IMG/VR virus record: IMGVR_UViG_3300029171_000165
Span: 1-35,449 of that record
Source of the DNA: a virus
Taxonomy: Duplodnaviria > Caudoviricetes
Reading direction: 5' to 3' (one strand)
DNA: 35,449 nt
The notes beneath the pieces are model-generated. The model was not told the DNA's origin, searched no databases, and saw only the letters and a list, made by a program, of their open reading frames with translations. Both the position numbers and the translations under genes were made by a program. This document shows, one piece after another, positions 9,052-18,025 of the stretch (position 1 is its first letter; every line of letters starts with the position of its first letter).

Positions 9052-9078
9052 GCTTGCAATCTGCCTAATTATTAGGCA
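9052..9078 (+). promoter_or_regulatory. 27-bp motif copy 1: GCTTGCAATC + palindrome TGCCTAAT-T-ATTAGGCA
   Basis: 26/27 identical to 17331-17357; intergenic; upstream of the capsid gene cluster. Confidence 0.75.
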
Positions 9079-9093
9079 CAAAGGAGAAATACA

Positions 9094-9561
9094 ATGCCGA
9101 AAGGTGTATATCAGAGGGCGGAAGCCCCCACACAAGATTCCGCCGCAGATGTGGCAAGCCCAAGGGCAGAAGAAACGCGCCGTGAGCGCCGTCGCCGTGA
9201 TGATGGTGACCTTGACAGAACAGCACGTATGAAGCTGGCAATTCCTCAAAGCATCCAAGAGCAGGCCAAGCGTGATGGCAAAACCCTTCGGTGGGTTCGC
9301 AATGACGTAGGTCGTATGCAACAGTTGCAAGCTGAGGATTGGGACATTGTGAAGGAAGTGCAACCTGTTGCAGCATCCCGCACAGACGAGGGCCAGATGG
9401 TTCTTATGTCCAAATACGCCGACTGGTATGCCGCCGACCGCGAACATTTGACGAAGACCAACAACGATTTGCAAAAATCTGCGGTCACGCCAAACGCACA
9501 GGAAAGCGTCAGTTCGGATGGGTTTTATACACCCGCTGGAGCAGTCAACCGCATTTCTTGA
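9094..9561 (+). CDS. Hypothetical head-region protein
   Basis: Strong SD AAGGAG; GKTLRWVRND motif; lies ahead of capsid genes. Confidence 0.8.
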   Translation: MPKGVYQRAEAPTQDSAADVASPRAEETRRERRRRDDGDLDRTARMKLAIPQSIQEQAKRDGKTLRWVRNDVGRMQQLQAEDWDIVKEVQPVAASRTDEGQMVLMSKYADWYAADREHLTKTNNDLQKSAVTPNAQESVSSDGFYTPAGAVNRIS

Positions 9562-9585
9562 CGGGACATTTTAGTTCCCGTTTTT
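9561..9585 (+). terminator. Possible intrinsic terminator/attenuator hairpin ACGGGA..TCCCGT followed by T4
   Basis: Stem begins at the stop codon; overlaps an alternative SD-sequestering stem. Confidence 0.35.
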
Positions 9586-9598
9586 AAGGGAACTTATC

Positions 9599-10183
9599 AT
9601 GGCTAATTCCAACACTGCACAGGGTCTTATCCCCAAGCGTTACCGCAACGGTGCGCCCTTCAAGGGGCCGCTGCGTCGTTATTATCACCCTGCCGCTGAC
9701 AGCGTTGCGCTGTTTGTAGGCGACCCCGTTATCATCGCCGGTTCTGCCGATGTTGATGGCACCCCTACCGCCACTCGTGCGACCGCTGCTTCTGCTGGCC
9801 GCATTACTGGCGTCGTTGTTGGCTTTGAACCCAACTCGACACTTAACGCAGTAGGTTACGGCGCGGCTTCGACCGCGTTTTACGTGCTTGTCTGCGATGA
9901 CCCCAACGTCTTGTATGAAATTCAAGAAGACAGCGTGGGCGGTGCCTTGGCTGCAACGAGTGTTGGCTTGAACGCTGACCTTATCGCTGCTGCTGGCAAC
10001 ACTTCAACCCGTCAGTCCAGCTTCATGCTGGACAGTTCGACGGCTGCTGTAACTGCAACCCTCCAGCTTCGTGTTATCGGGCTTGAACAGCGCGGTGACA
10101 ATGAAATCGGCACTAACGCCAAATGGCTAGTAGCCATCAACCTGCCAACAGAAACCGGCGCTGCTGGTTCCACTGGCGTTTAA
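9599..10183 (+). CDS. Probable capsid decoration/cement protein
   Basis: 194 aa Ala/Gly/Thr-rich, LFVGDPV and VCDDPNVLYEIQ motifs; directly upstream of MCP. Confidence 0.65.
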   Translation: MANSNTAQGLIPKRYRNGAPFKGPLRRYYHPAADSVALFVGDPVIIAGSADVDGTPTATRATAASAGRITGVVVGFEPNSTLNAVGYGAASTAFYVLVCDDPNVLYEIQEDSVGGALAATSVGLNADLIAAAGNTSTRQSSFMLDSSTAAVTATLQLRVIGLEQRGDNEIGTNAKWLVAINLPTETGAAGSTGV

Positions 10184-10195
10184 GGAGTATAGAAG

Positions 10196-11104
10196 ATGGT
10201 TGCAGGTGTTATCACTCGCTCAGCCCACCCCGATGCCTTGTGGCCCGGTGTTAAGGACTGGTTCGGTTTGTCCTATTCGGAAGAACCGGCAACATGGTCG
10301 AAGATTTTCCAGCGCGAAGATTCGGACAAGTATCAGGAGATTGTTGTTGAAGCCACCGGCTTTGGCCTCGCTCCGGTAAAGACCGAAGGTTCGCCGATTG
10401 AATATGACAGCGACCAGCAGGGCTATAAATCGACGTTCACACACGTTGTTTATGCTCTCGGCTACATCGTCACGATGGAAGAACTGGCAGACGGACAATA
10501 CAAAATCATTTCAACGCGCCGCGCTGGCAACCTTGCCCGCTCGATGCGCTGGACTGCTGAAGTTGTCCATGCCAACGTTCTCAACCGTGGTTTTGATACC
10601 AACTACGCAATCGGCGACGGCGCTGCATTGTTTTCGGCTTCTCACCCTACTTTGTCGGGTAACCAGTCGAACTTGCTAACCGCTGCCGACTTGTCGGAAA
10701 CTTCGCTTGAAGATGCTGCGAAAGCAACATGGCGCTTGAAGTCAAACCGTGGGGCCGCAATCAACAGCGGCATCAAGCGTTTGATTATCACGCCTGAAGA
10801 TGCTTTCAACGCAACGCGCATCCTTAACTCGGTGCTGCGTCCTTCAACGCCAAACAACGACATCAACGCACTTAACGCTATGGGTATCGTGCCTGACGTG
10901 GTGGTCAACAAATTCCTGACTGACACCGATGCATGGTTTATCCAGACTGACGTTATGGACGGCCTCATGTCGATGTGGCGCAACGATGCTACGCTGGAGC
11001 AGGACAACGACTTCGATACGAAGAACGCTCGCGCTTCCAGCTACATTCGCTTTGCCACTGGCGTGGGTGACTGGCGTGGAGCGTTCGGAAATCAGGGGGC
11101 ATAG
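10196..11104 (+). CDS. Major capsid protein (HK97 fold, Mu gpT-like family)
   Basis: 302 aa; GFGLAPVKTEG, YALGYIVTME, GDGAALFSASHP, FLTDTDAWFI, DWRGAFG; SD AAGGAG. Confidence 0.9.
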   Translation: MVAGVITRSAHPDALWPGVKDWFGLSYSEEPATWSKIFQREDSDKYQEIVVEATGFGLAPVKTEGSPIEYDSDQQGYKSTFTHVVYALGYIVTMEELADGQYKIISTRRAGNLARSMRWTAEVVHANVLNRGFDTNYAIGDGAALFSASHPTLSGNQSNLLTAADLSETSLEDAAKATWRLKSNRGAAINSGIKRLIITPEDAFNATRILNSVLRPSTPNNDINALNAMGIVPDVVVNKFLTDTDAWFIQTDVMDGLMSMWRNDATLEQDNDFDTKNARASSYIRFATGVGDWRGAFGNQGA

Positions 11105-11121
11105 CACTCCAATAACCAACA

Positions 11122-11151
11122 CCCCCGCTGGCTAATGTCGGCGGGGGATTT
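11122..11151 (+). terminator. GC-rich hairpin after MCP (CCCCCGCTGGC-TAAT-GTCGGCGGGGG), weak U tail
   Basis: 11-bp stem with G-U pairs, followed by ATTT; usual position after a capsid gene. Confidence 0.55.
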
Positions 11152-11161
11152 GGAGAACAAG

Positions 11162-11428
11162 ATGAACCCGCAAACAAGGCCAATTGGATATTTCTCCGGG
11201 AAAAGTCTCGGAAGCTGTCAACGGTGCGGGCAGACTAAATTCACGTCGCAAATCAGCAAGGAATGGTCTGGCTTAAGCGTGTGCACGAATTGCTTTGACC
11301 CAAGGCCACCACAATTATCGCCGCCGAATATATATCCTGAAGGCCTAAATGTTCCCAATCCGGCCCCTTATTTAGGGGAAATATTTATAGACCCAATTTT
11401 AGCACCAGTGCTGCCCGAGGATTTGTGA
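11162..11428 (+). CDS. Small CxxC-CxxC protein
   Basis: CQRCG...EWSGLSVCTNCFDPRPPQ; SD GGAG before ATG 11162. Confidence 0.75.
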   Translation: MNPQTRPIGYFSGKSLGSCQRCGQTKFTSQISKEWSGLSVCTNCFDPRPPQLSPPNIYPEGLNVPNPAPYLGEIFIDPILAPVLPEDL

Positions 11429-11436
11429 TGACCGCA

Positions 11437-11973
11437 TTATTCCAGCCAACCCCATTTCAGCCGCCGATGCAAGGCGCTGACATACTTTGGGTGGATGCTA
11501 AAAATTGCACCAATCTCTTTGTGCGTCTGCGCGCCATCAGCGCAGGCCTTGCGTATAGCACGAACATCATCCTCACTAAGTTTCGCAGTTGGTCTTTCCG
11601 CCCCTCTTGGGAACCTAGTCCGCGAAACTCCATCTCGCATATTCTGTTTGTGCGTCCCAATCGAAAGATGTTCGATGTTAATGCAGGGTGGATTGTCGCA
11701 GGAATGCATGACAACCAACCCGCTCGGTATATCACCTTTAAGACACTCCCACATAGCCCTGTGGGCGATGGCGCTGCCCTCAGTGGTGCTAATCATGCCA
11801 TAGCCCTTTCGGTTTTTAGCGCCGACCCATTCCAAGCAGCCGTTATCGCGTTCAACCGCTTTTTCAAGAAGCTTACAAAGCTTGGAACAGAATCGGGCAT
11901 TGGCAATCCCAAAGAACTTGCAGCCGCAGTTTTTACATCTCTTTTCGGTCGGGGATTGGTTAAGATATGGCAT
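11437..11973 (-). CDS. HNH endonuclease (Zn-finger + HNH + HTH), opposite to operon direction
   Basis: CKNCG..FCSKLC, CLEWVGAK..GYG, AHRAMW, VMHSCDNPPCINIEHLSIGTHKQNMRD, AKLSEDDVRAIR; ATG 11973 is the plausible start. Confidence 0.85.
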   Translation of the reverse strand: MPYLNQSPTEKRCKNCGCKFFGIANARFCSKLCKLLEKAVERDNGCLEWVGAKNRKGYGMISTTEGSAIAHRAMWECLKGDIPSGLVVMHSCDNPPCINIEHLSIGTHKQNMRDGVSRTRFPRGAERPTAKLSEDDVRAIRKACADGAQTHKEIGAIFSIHPKYVSALHRRLKWGWLE

Positions 11974-12020
11974 AACCAAACGTATAGCGGGCAAGGTATC
12001 CCGCGTCAAGGAGATGTCAC

Positions 12021-12710
12021 TTGACGACTTCCGGCGTAATCTCATCGACAATGACGGCAGGCGAGATGATGACCTATGCCATGCAGGAATTGGGCGTATT
12101 AGGCGCAGGCGAGACACCGACCGGCGAAGAATATGAAGCGATGATACCGCGCCTGAACTTCATGCTGAAAACATGGCAGGCCAAGGGCTGCAACCTATGG
12201 CGCGCAACGACCGGAACGGTTGTTATCCCTGCCGATGATGCGTCCGGTGCGCTTGACCCAAGGATTATCGATATACAGGCGGCGCGTGTCGTGACCGGCA
12301 CTAATGAAATTCAGATGCAGCAATTGGGCAATGGCGAATATCGGCAATATCCCAACAAGGCGCAAAGCGGGCGGCCTATCGTTTATTATCTCGATAAGCA
12401 GCGCGATGTGGTGAACCTTTATGTCTGGCCTGTGCCGACTGTGGATACCACTATCAAGATTGATTATGCGCGGGTTATTGAGGATGTGACGACCACAACC
12501 GAAACGCTCGATATACCGCAGCAATGGATTGAAACCACATATGTCTGCTTGGCGGCTCGGTGCATCAATCTGTTTGGCGCGACACGGCTTGACCCTAATA
12601 CAGCGGCGGAAGTCAAACAGCGTGCGGCTGAAATGGAAGCGGAATTACTAGATATGGACCGGCCATTGTCGGTCATGTTCGGGAGCGCGGTTAGCGCACA
12701 GTATTTTTAG
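12021..12710 (+). CDS. Head-tail adaptor protein (P22 gp4-like position)
   Basis: MTTSG..ELGVLGAGETPT..LNFMLKTW, YPNKAQSGRP, YVWPVP; TTG start with SD AAGGAG. Confidence 0.7.
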   Translation: MTTSGVISSTMTAGEMMTYAMQELGVLGAGETPTGEEYEAMIPRLNFMLKTWQAKGCNLWRATTGTVVIPADDASGALDPRIIDIQAARVVTGTNEIQMQQLGNGEYRQYPNKAQSGRPIVYYLDKQRDVVNLYVWPVPTVDTTIKIDYARVIEDVTTTTETLDIPQQWIETTYVCLAARCINLFGATRLDPNTAAEVKQRAAEMEAELLDMDRPLSVMFGSAVSAQYF

Positions 12711-12718
12711 GAGGCTTT

Positions 12719-13177
12719 ATGACTGACTCACGTTATTACAAGTTTGACAGCGGCGGCGACCCTATATCGATTTCACGGCCACTTCCCGTTGCATCATCGC
12801 CCCTGCCGACAAACAGCGTTGGCACACAGGCCACGTCTATCAAAGCATCATCGGGTAACGTGGCTAATACTTCGGGTGTTGCTACACTCGCGGGCGTGGC
12901 GGCACAGACAACCTATATCACCGGCTTTGATGTTACGGGTTCGGGAGCAACGGCGGCATCTGTTGTCAGCGTGACCGTTGCCGGTCTTTTGGGCGGCACG
13001 GCCACTTATACGCTTTCTGTTGTTGCTGGTGCTACCGTGGGCAATGCGCCGCTGATAGCACGGTTTGACCCGCCCCTTCCTGCATCGGCTGTGAATACCG
13101 CGATTGTCGTGACCTGCCCTGCATTGGGGGCGGGCAATACCAATAACACCGTCAACGCTTATGGATATTATATCTAG
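12719..13177 (+). CDS. Putative virion structural protein (beta-rich)
   Basis: SD AGGAGG; Ala/Thr/Val/Gly-rich 152 aa in the structural operon. Confidence 0.6.
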   Translation: MTDSRYYKFDSGGDPISISRPLPVASSPLPTNSVGTQATSIKASSGNVANTSGVATLAGVAAQTTYITGFDVTGSGATAASVVSVTVAGLLGGTATYTLSVVAGATVGNAPLIARFDPPLPASAVNTAIVVTCPALGAGNTNNTVNAYGYYI

Positions 13178-13187
13178 GGGATAACTT

Positions 13188-13628
13188 ATGGGCATGACGA
13201 CAGCGGGTGGTAACGGGCTACTCCAACTCATTTTCAACAATGTGGATTGGGCGAATGTTGGTGACGCGGCGGGCTTGCAAAATAGCGCAGCGGCTGGCAG
13301 TTTCTACGTTTCGCTACATACGGCAACGCCGGGGGTCGGGGGAAGCCAGACCACAAACGAGGTCGCTTATACCGGATATGCGCGGGTGGCCGTTGCCCGC
13401 ACGGCAGGGGGTTGGACGGTCGCTGGATTGAACGTATCGAACGCTGCTCTGGTTACGTTCCCTGTTGTCACGGCTAGCCCCGGCGCGCCCGTCCTGTTTT
13501 TCGGATTAGGCTCTGCGGCAAGTGGTGCAGGTAACTTGCAATTCATCGGTTCGACAGCCAGCTATCAGCCCGCAATATCCAATGCGCCTGAGTTTGCAAT
13601 TGGGGCCTTGGATGTGGACCTGACCTGA
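13188..13628 (+). CDS. Putative tail-fibre-associated structural protein
   Basis: FYVSLHTATPG..NEVAYTGYARVAVAR..GWTV..NAALVTFP pattern, common in phage fibre modules. Confidence 0.65.
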   Translation: MGMTTAGGNGLLQLIFNNVDWANVGDAAGLQNSAAAGSFYVSLHTATPGVGGSQTTNEVAYTGYARVAVARTAGGWTVAGLNVSNAALVTFPVVTASPGAPVLFFGLGSAASGAGNLQFIGSTASYQPAISNAPEFAIGALDVDLT

Positions 13629-14530
13629 TGCTGTTACTAACTACCACATCTGACATTGTGCGGCTGATAACGGGCAGCGCGGCGGACGTTGACGTTTATG
13701 TGTCCTATGTCGATTTGAACGGAACAACGGTAACTCCGGGCAAGCAGGCAACACCAGCTATTACGACCGCGACGACGACAACGATTTGCGCGGCTCCGGG
13801 GGCATCGACAACGCGCAATATCAAATATATCAACATCACGAACAACAGTTCCAGCGTATCAACCATTGTAGATGTCGAGTTTTTCGACGGCACAAACCCG
13901 ACTGAACTACGCGCTGTTACCTTGCTGCCGGGTGAAAATCTGGCGATGACAGACGATAGCGAATGGCACCACCGCGACGCGCAAAATGCGGAATATGGCT
14001 ATACTGTCCCGTCTAATGGCAATCTCGGCATAACCAACACAATCGCCGAGACTATCCCTCGCCATATTTGCCCTGAAGTCAACACGACTGCGCCAGCAAG
14101 TGGCACCTTGGCCATGATGGCGATTTATCTGACAGCGGGACAATTGGTAAGCAATATCACGATGTCGAGTGCGACAACGGCGGCAGGCACCCCGACAAAC
14201 TATTTCTTTGCGCTGTATGACGCCAACCGAAACTTGCTGGCACAATCAGCAAACCAGACGACAACCGCATGGGCGGCAAATACGGTCAAAACGCTGGCAA
14301 TGACCACGGCTTACCGCGTCCCTACGTCCGGGCTTTATTACATCGGTTATTTCATGACGGCGACCACGGTTGCGACGTTAAAGGGCGGCACGGCGCGCAC
14401 TGGCGGGCAGTTGGCTAACGCGGCTCCGATCATCTACGGAACGTCAACAACCGGCCTGACAACAGCGCTTCCTAATCCGGCTGCGGCAATCACAGGGACA
14501 ACTGCGAGCCTTTACGCAGCGGTAAGCTAA
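13628..14530 (+). CDS. Putative virion structural protein (Thr/Ala-rich)
   Basis: 300 aa; TGATG and TAATG coupling at both ends. Confidence 0.65.
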   Translation: MLLLTTTSDIVRLITGSAADVDVYVSYVDLNGTTVTPGKQATPAITTATTTTICAAPGASTTRNIKYINITNNSSSVSTIVDVEFFDGTNPTELRAVTLLPGENLAMTDDSEWHHRDAQNAEYGYTVPSNGNLGITNTIAETIPRHICPEVNTTAPASGTLAMMAIYLTAGQLVSNITMSSATTAAGTPTNYFFALYDANRNLLAQSANQTTTAWAANTVKTLAMTTAYRVPTSGLYYIGYFMTATTVATLKGGTARTGGQLANAAPIIYGTSTTGLTTALPNPAAAITGTTASLYAAVS

Positions 14531-15363
14531 TGCTGGGCTGGTTCGATCCGCAGTTAGTAGCGGTTGCATGGTTTGACCATCAGCTACAGCCATTAGCGTG
14601 GTTTGACAAAGACTATACAAATACCGCGTCGGCGGCAACGCTTACCGGGACGTGCACGGTTTCATTTGCGGGCGCTGGCACCTTAGCAGGGCGCGGGCAG
14701 CTAACGGCGACAGCAACGGCCATATTCGCGCCCACAGCCACGCTAAGCGGCAAAGGGCAAGTAACAGGGGCGGCAACGGTCACATTTACCCCAAGCGCCG
14801 CTATAGGCGGCAAAGGGGCTTTGTCAGGTTCCGCACCTGTTGCGTTTACGCCTACGGGGACTTTATCCGGCAGGGGTCAATTAACCGGCACAGCGCCGGT
14901 ATCATTTACGCCTACAGGGACAATCACTGGACGCGGCGCATTAACCGGCACGTCAAACGCTGATTTTGCGCTTTCGGCAACACTCGGTGGCAAAGGCCAG
15001 ATTAGCGGTGCCATAGGTGTTAGTTTCTCCCTGACGGGCGTTTTGTCATCGCCCGCCACGCTTGAGGGTGCCGCTACAGTCACGACAACCGTAAGCGGGA
15101 CACTATCTGGCGTGGGGTTGATGCAAGGCGCAGGCGTTGTTCAATTCAGCATTAGCGGCGTACTGACTCTGCCTGCCAGCACATGGATAATAACGCCAGA
15201 CGCTCAGCCGGTGTCGATCACATTAACCCAGTCTTTAGTTTCCGATAGCTTTGTGCTAACACCAGCAAGTGCACCGGCAAGCTTATCGGTTGCTCCAGAC
15301 GCGGCGGCATCGCCTGTTACGCTAACCCCTGAAACCGTAGCCGATGTCTGGGCAATAACATGA
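14530..15363 (+). CDS. Repeat-containing structural protein (nine 20-aa Gly/Thr/Ala repeats)
   Basis: Units such as LTGTAPVSFTPTGTITGRGA recur every 20 aa over 14641-15180. Confidence 0.7.
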   Translation: MLGWFDPQLVAVAWFDHQLQPLAWFDKDYTNTASAATLTGTCTVSFAGAGTLAGRGQLTATATAIFAPTATLSGKGQVTGAATVTFTPSAAIGGKGALSGSAPVAFTPTGTLSGRGQLTGTAPVSFTPTGTITGRGALTGTSNADFALSATLGGKGQISGAIGVSFSLTGVLSSPATLEGAATVTTTVSGTLSGVGLMQGAGVVQFSISGVLTLPASTWIITPDAQPVSITLTQSLVSDSFVLTPASAPASLSVAPDAAASPVTLTPETVADVWAIT

Positions 15364-16724
15364 GTGTGGCACCATTTGGAACGCAGCAATATCGCAGATA
15401 TGACCTGCCGGTTATCAATCTGGTTAATATGTATGCGGAGCGGTCCCCTGCATCACGGGCGGGTGATGTGCTATTGCCGCGCCCTGCATTGTCCAGTTAT
15501 ACAACGGTCGGCAATGGCCCTATTCGCGGCATATATCAGCAAGACGGCGCTTTAGACGGCGTTCTGTTTGTTGTTTCAGGTTCCGGATTATATGCAGGCT
15601 CTACGTTGCTAGGTTTGATACCTGGCAGCGGTAAAGTGTCCATGACAGCAAGCGCCACTCAATTGCTTATAGCAAGCGGGACCGGCTTATATCTAACCGA
15701 TGGCGCAACGCTTACAACCGTGACATTTCCAGACAGCGCGGGCGTCACCACGGTTGCTTATATCAACGGCTACTTCCTCGCTACGCGCACGGACACCCAA
15801 CGCTTTTACTGGTCTGCAATTCTTGACGGTTCGTCATGGGATGCACTTGATTTTGCCAGCGCGGAACGAACGCCGGATGACCTAGTTGCGGTTTGGATTG
15901 TGTCTGACCAGCTATGGCTATTTGGCAAGGTATCGACCGAAATATGGGTGACAACGGGCGATCTGGATATTCCGTTCCAGCGCGTTGACGGGCGTTTGTT
16001 CGATGTGGGATGCATCAACAAGGACACGATTGCCAAGCTGGACAACACTATCCTTTGGGAAGGTAACGACTTCAAGGTATATCGCGGTGACAGTGTGCCA
16101 ATGCGCGTTTCCAACTTTTCTGTTGAGGAATCAACGCAGGCCAGCTCTACAACGAGCGCGTGGACATATCCTTGGCAGGGCAACCTGTTTTATGCGCTGG
16201 CAACATCACGCGGGACGCAAGTTCTAAATATAGCAAGCGGTGAATGGCACGAACAAGCAAGCTATGACCGCACAAACTGGCGCGCGAATGTTGGCGTGTT
16301 TACCAACGGCATTGTGTTGGCTGGAGATGATGAGGACGGTCAGATATGGGAACTAGTCGATGATGAGTATTCGGACAACGGCGTAACAATCGAGCGCCGC
16401 TGGACCATGATGATTGACGAAGCCACCTTTGTCGATAATGTTATGCTTGATGCCAGCACAGGCCGTGAACCTGCTTTAGGCGTCGAGCCTTTGGTTGAAT
16501 GCCGCATGTCGCGTGACGGCGGGGAAACATACGGGGGATATAGGCAGGCGAGTATCGGTCAGCGCGGTGACTTTCGCAAGCGTATTGTCTGGAAACGGTG
16601 GGGTATGGTTGACGATGAAGGGGCTGTTTTTGACTTCCGCATAACCGATGCAACGCCTTGGCGTGTGTCATCTATTCGCGTCAATGAACCACTTGGCGGA
16701 CGTGGGCGCAGGTCTAACGGCTAA
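15360..16724 (+). CDS. Tail hub / packaged-DNA stabilization protein (P22 gp10-like)
   Basis: 454 aa; GNGPIRG, VAYINGYF, FASAERTPDDLV, LWLFGKVSTEIW, SRDGGETYG, WKRWG. Confidence 0.85.
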   Translation: MSVAPFGTQQYRRYDLPVINLVNMYAERSPASRAGDVLLPRPALSSYTTVGNGPIRGIYQQDGALDGVLFVVSGSGLYAGSTLLGLIPGSGKVSMTASATQLLIASGTGLYLTDGATLTTVTFPDSAGVTTVAYINGYFLATRTDTQRFYWSAILDGSSWDALDFASAERTPDDLVAVWIVSDQLWLFGKVSTEIWVTTGDLDIPFQRVDGRLFDVGCINKDTIAKLDNTILWEGNDFKVYRGDSVPMRVSNFSVEESTQASSTTSAWTYPWQGNLFYALATSRGTQVLNIASGEWHEQASYDRTNWRANVGVFTNGIVLAGDDEDGQIWELVDDEYSDNGVTIERRWTMMIDEATFVDNVMLDASTGREPALGVEPLVECRMSRDGGETYGGYRQASIGQRGDFRKRIVWKRWGMVDDEGAVFDFRITDATPWRVSSIRVNEPLGGRGRRSNG

Positions 16725-17329
16725 TGGCTATTAAACTTCCACGGCTTCCCAACAACCAGCAGTTAGTTGATGGGAACGGTTATCCTACAACGGTTTTTCA
16801 ACTTTGGTGGGACCAAGTAGCAACGCAAGTTGAAACATCAATCAACGGCATCATCCTTGCACTGGAAGCCGCTGATATAGCACTGGCCGCTGCGGACGCT
16901 GCACAGACTGCTGCTGATAATGCAGATGCAGCGGCGGTGTCGGCACAAACGGCGGCGGATGATGTTACGTCCGCATCATCATTGGCTAATAGCTATGTAA
17001 CCGGATTAACCGTTACGGCAACAGATGCGGGCGCTGATGTAACGATAGCCATATCAGCGCACACTCGTGTTTATGGCGACGGAACAAGCGTTGCCGTCAC
17101 GGGTGGAAACTTGACCGCACAGCCTTATTCTACAACTATCTATATTTACTATGACCAAGCCTCGCGGGCAGGCGGTGCCGTTACTTATGTGGCCACCACT
17201 AACATTGACAACGTAGCCCAATTGAACGACCGGCATAGCGTTGCCAATGTCATAACCCCTGCTGCTGCTGCGCCTCCCAATAACGGCGGTGGCGTCCGCC
17301 CGCCCGGTGGAAGCTTTATTGAACCATAA
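16724..17329 (+). CDS. Putative tail needle/plug-like protein
   Basis: Follows gp10-like gene; LVDGNGYPT..WW N-terminus, Ala-rich coiled coil, then a beta-rich tip. Confidence 0.55.
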   Translation: MAIKLPRLPNNQQLVDGNGYPTTVFQLWWDQVATQVETSINGIILALEAADIALAAADAAQTAADNADAAAVSAQTAADDVTSASSLANSYVTGLTVTATDAGADVTIAISAHTRVYGDGTSVAVTGGNLTAQPYSTTIYIYYDQASRAGGAVTYVATTNIDNVAQLNDRHSVANVITPAAAAPPNNGGGVRPPGGSFIEP

Positions 17330-17330
17330 G

Positions 17331-17357
17331 GCTTGCAATCTGCCTAATAATTAGGCA
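17331..17357 (+). promoter_or_regulatory. 27-bp motif copy 2: GCTTGCAATC + palindrome TGCCTAAT-A-ATTAGGCA
   Basis: 26/27 identical to 9052-9078; intergenic; upstream of the ejection-protein cluster. Confidence 0.75.
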
Positions 17358-17407
17358 ATAAGGGTTTAGCAGAACGTCCGGTATCGGATTATCCAGAGAG
17401 ACGTTCA

Positions 17408-18025
17408 TTGCGCCACGATGCTAATCTAAAATCATGTAGGGCTTGCAACGAAGCTAAGCCAGTCATTGCATTCGCATTCAGCCCGCGTCATAGGGACCGC
17501 TTGAGTTCAATGTGCAGGCCTTGCACCAATGGCAAGCAACGAGAATTTAGGTCGCGCAACCCCGAGGATACCGCGCTCAAGAGCAGAGAATATCGCTCTA
17601 AAAATATTGAAAAAGCCCGCGCCTATTCTAAAAAATGGGGCGAGAACAATAAGGAATCTCGACGCGGCACATTGGTCCGTCGCCGTGCCGCTGACCCAAA
17701 GGGCGAATGGTCAAAAACAACATTGGCTAATTGTAAGGCTCGTGCATTAAAAGCAAAAATTCCATTTTCGATAACATCTGCTGATATTTTGCCTCTTTGC
17801 GTTGATTTTTGCCCAGCCTTAGGATTTAAACTAAACTATCCAGTTGAATGCATTTCTGGGGCAGGACCAATGGCAGACAGCCCTAGCTTGGATAGGATTA
17901 TCCCGTCATTAGGATATACCGTCGGTAATATTGTCGTTATCTCAAAAATGGCAAATTGCATAAAACAAGACGCTAATGCTTATCAAATTGCAGCCGTAGC
18001 TAAGTGGCTGGAGGGCTTGGAGTGA
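17408..18025 (+). CDS. His-Me finger/HNH-like endonuclease with N-terminal CxxC-CxxC
   Basis: CRAC..CRPC, CPALG, SPSLDRIIPSLGYTVGNIVVISKMANCIK; visibly more AT-rich than its neighbours. Confidence 0.75.
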   Translation: MRHDANLKSCRACNEAKPVIAFAFSPRHRDRLSSMCRPCTNGKQREFRSRNPEDTALKSREYRSKNIEKARAYSKKWGENNKESRRGTLVRRRAADPKGEWSKTTLANCKARALKAKIPFSITSADILPLCVDFCPALGFKLNYPVECISGAGPMADSPSLDRIIPSLGYTVGNIVVISKMANCIKQDANAYQIAAVAKWLEGLE

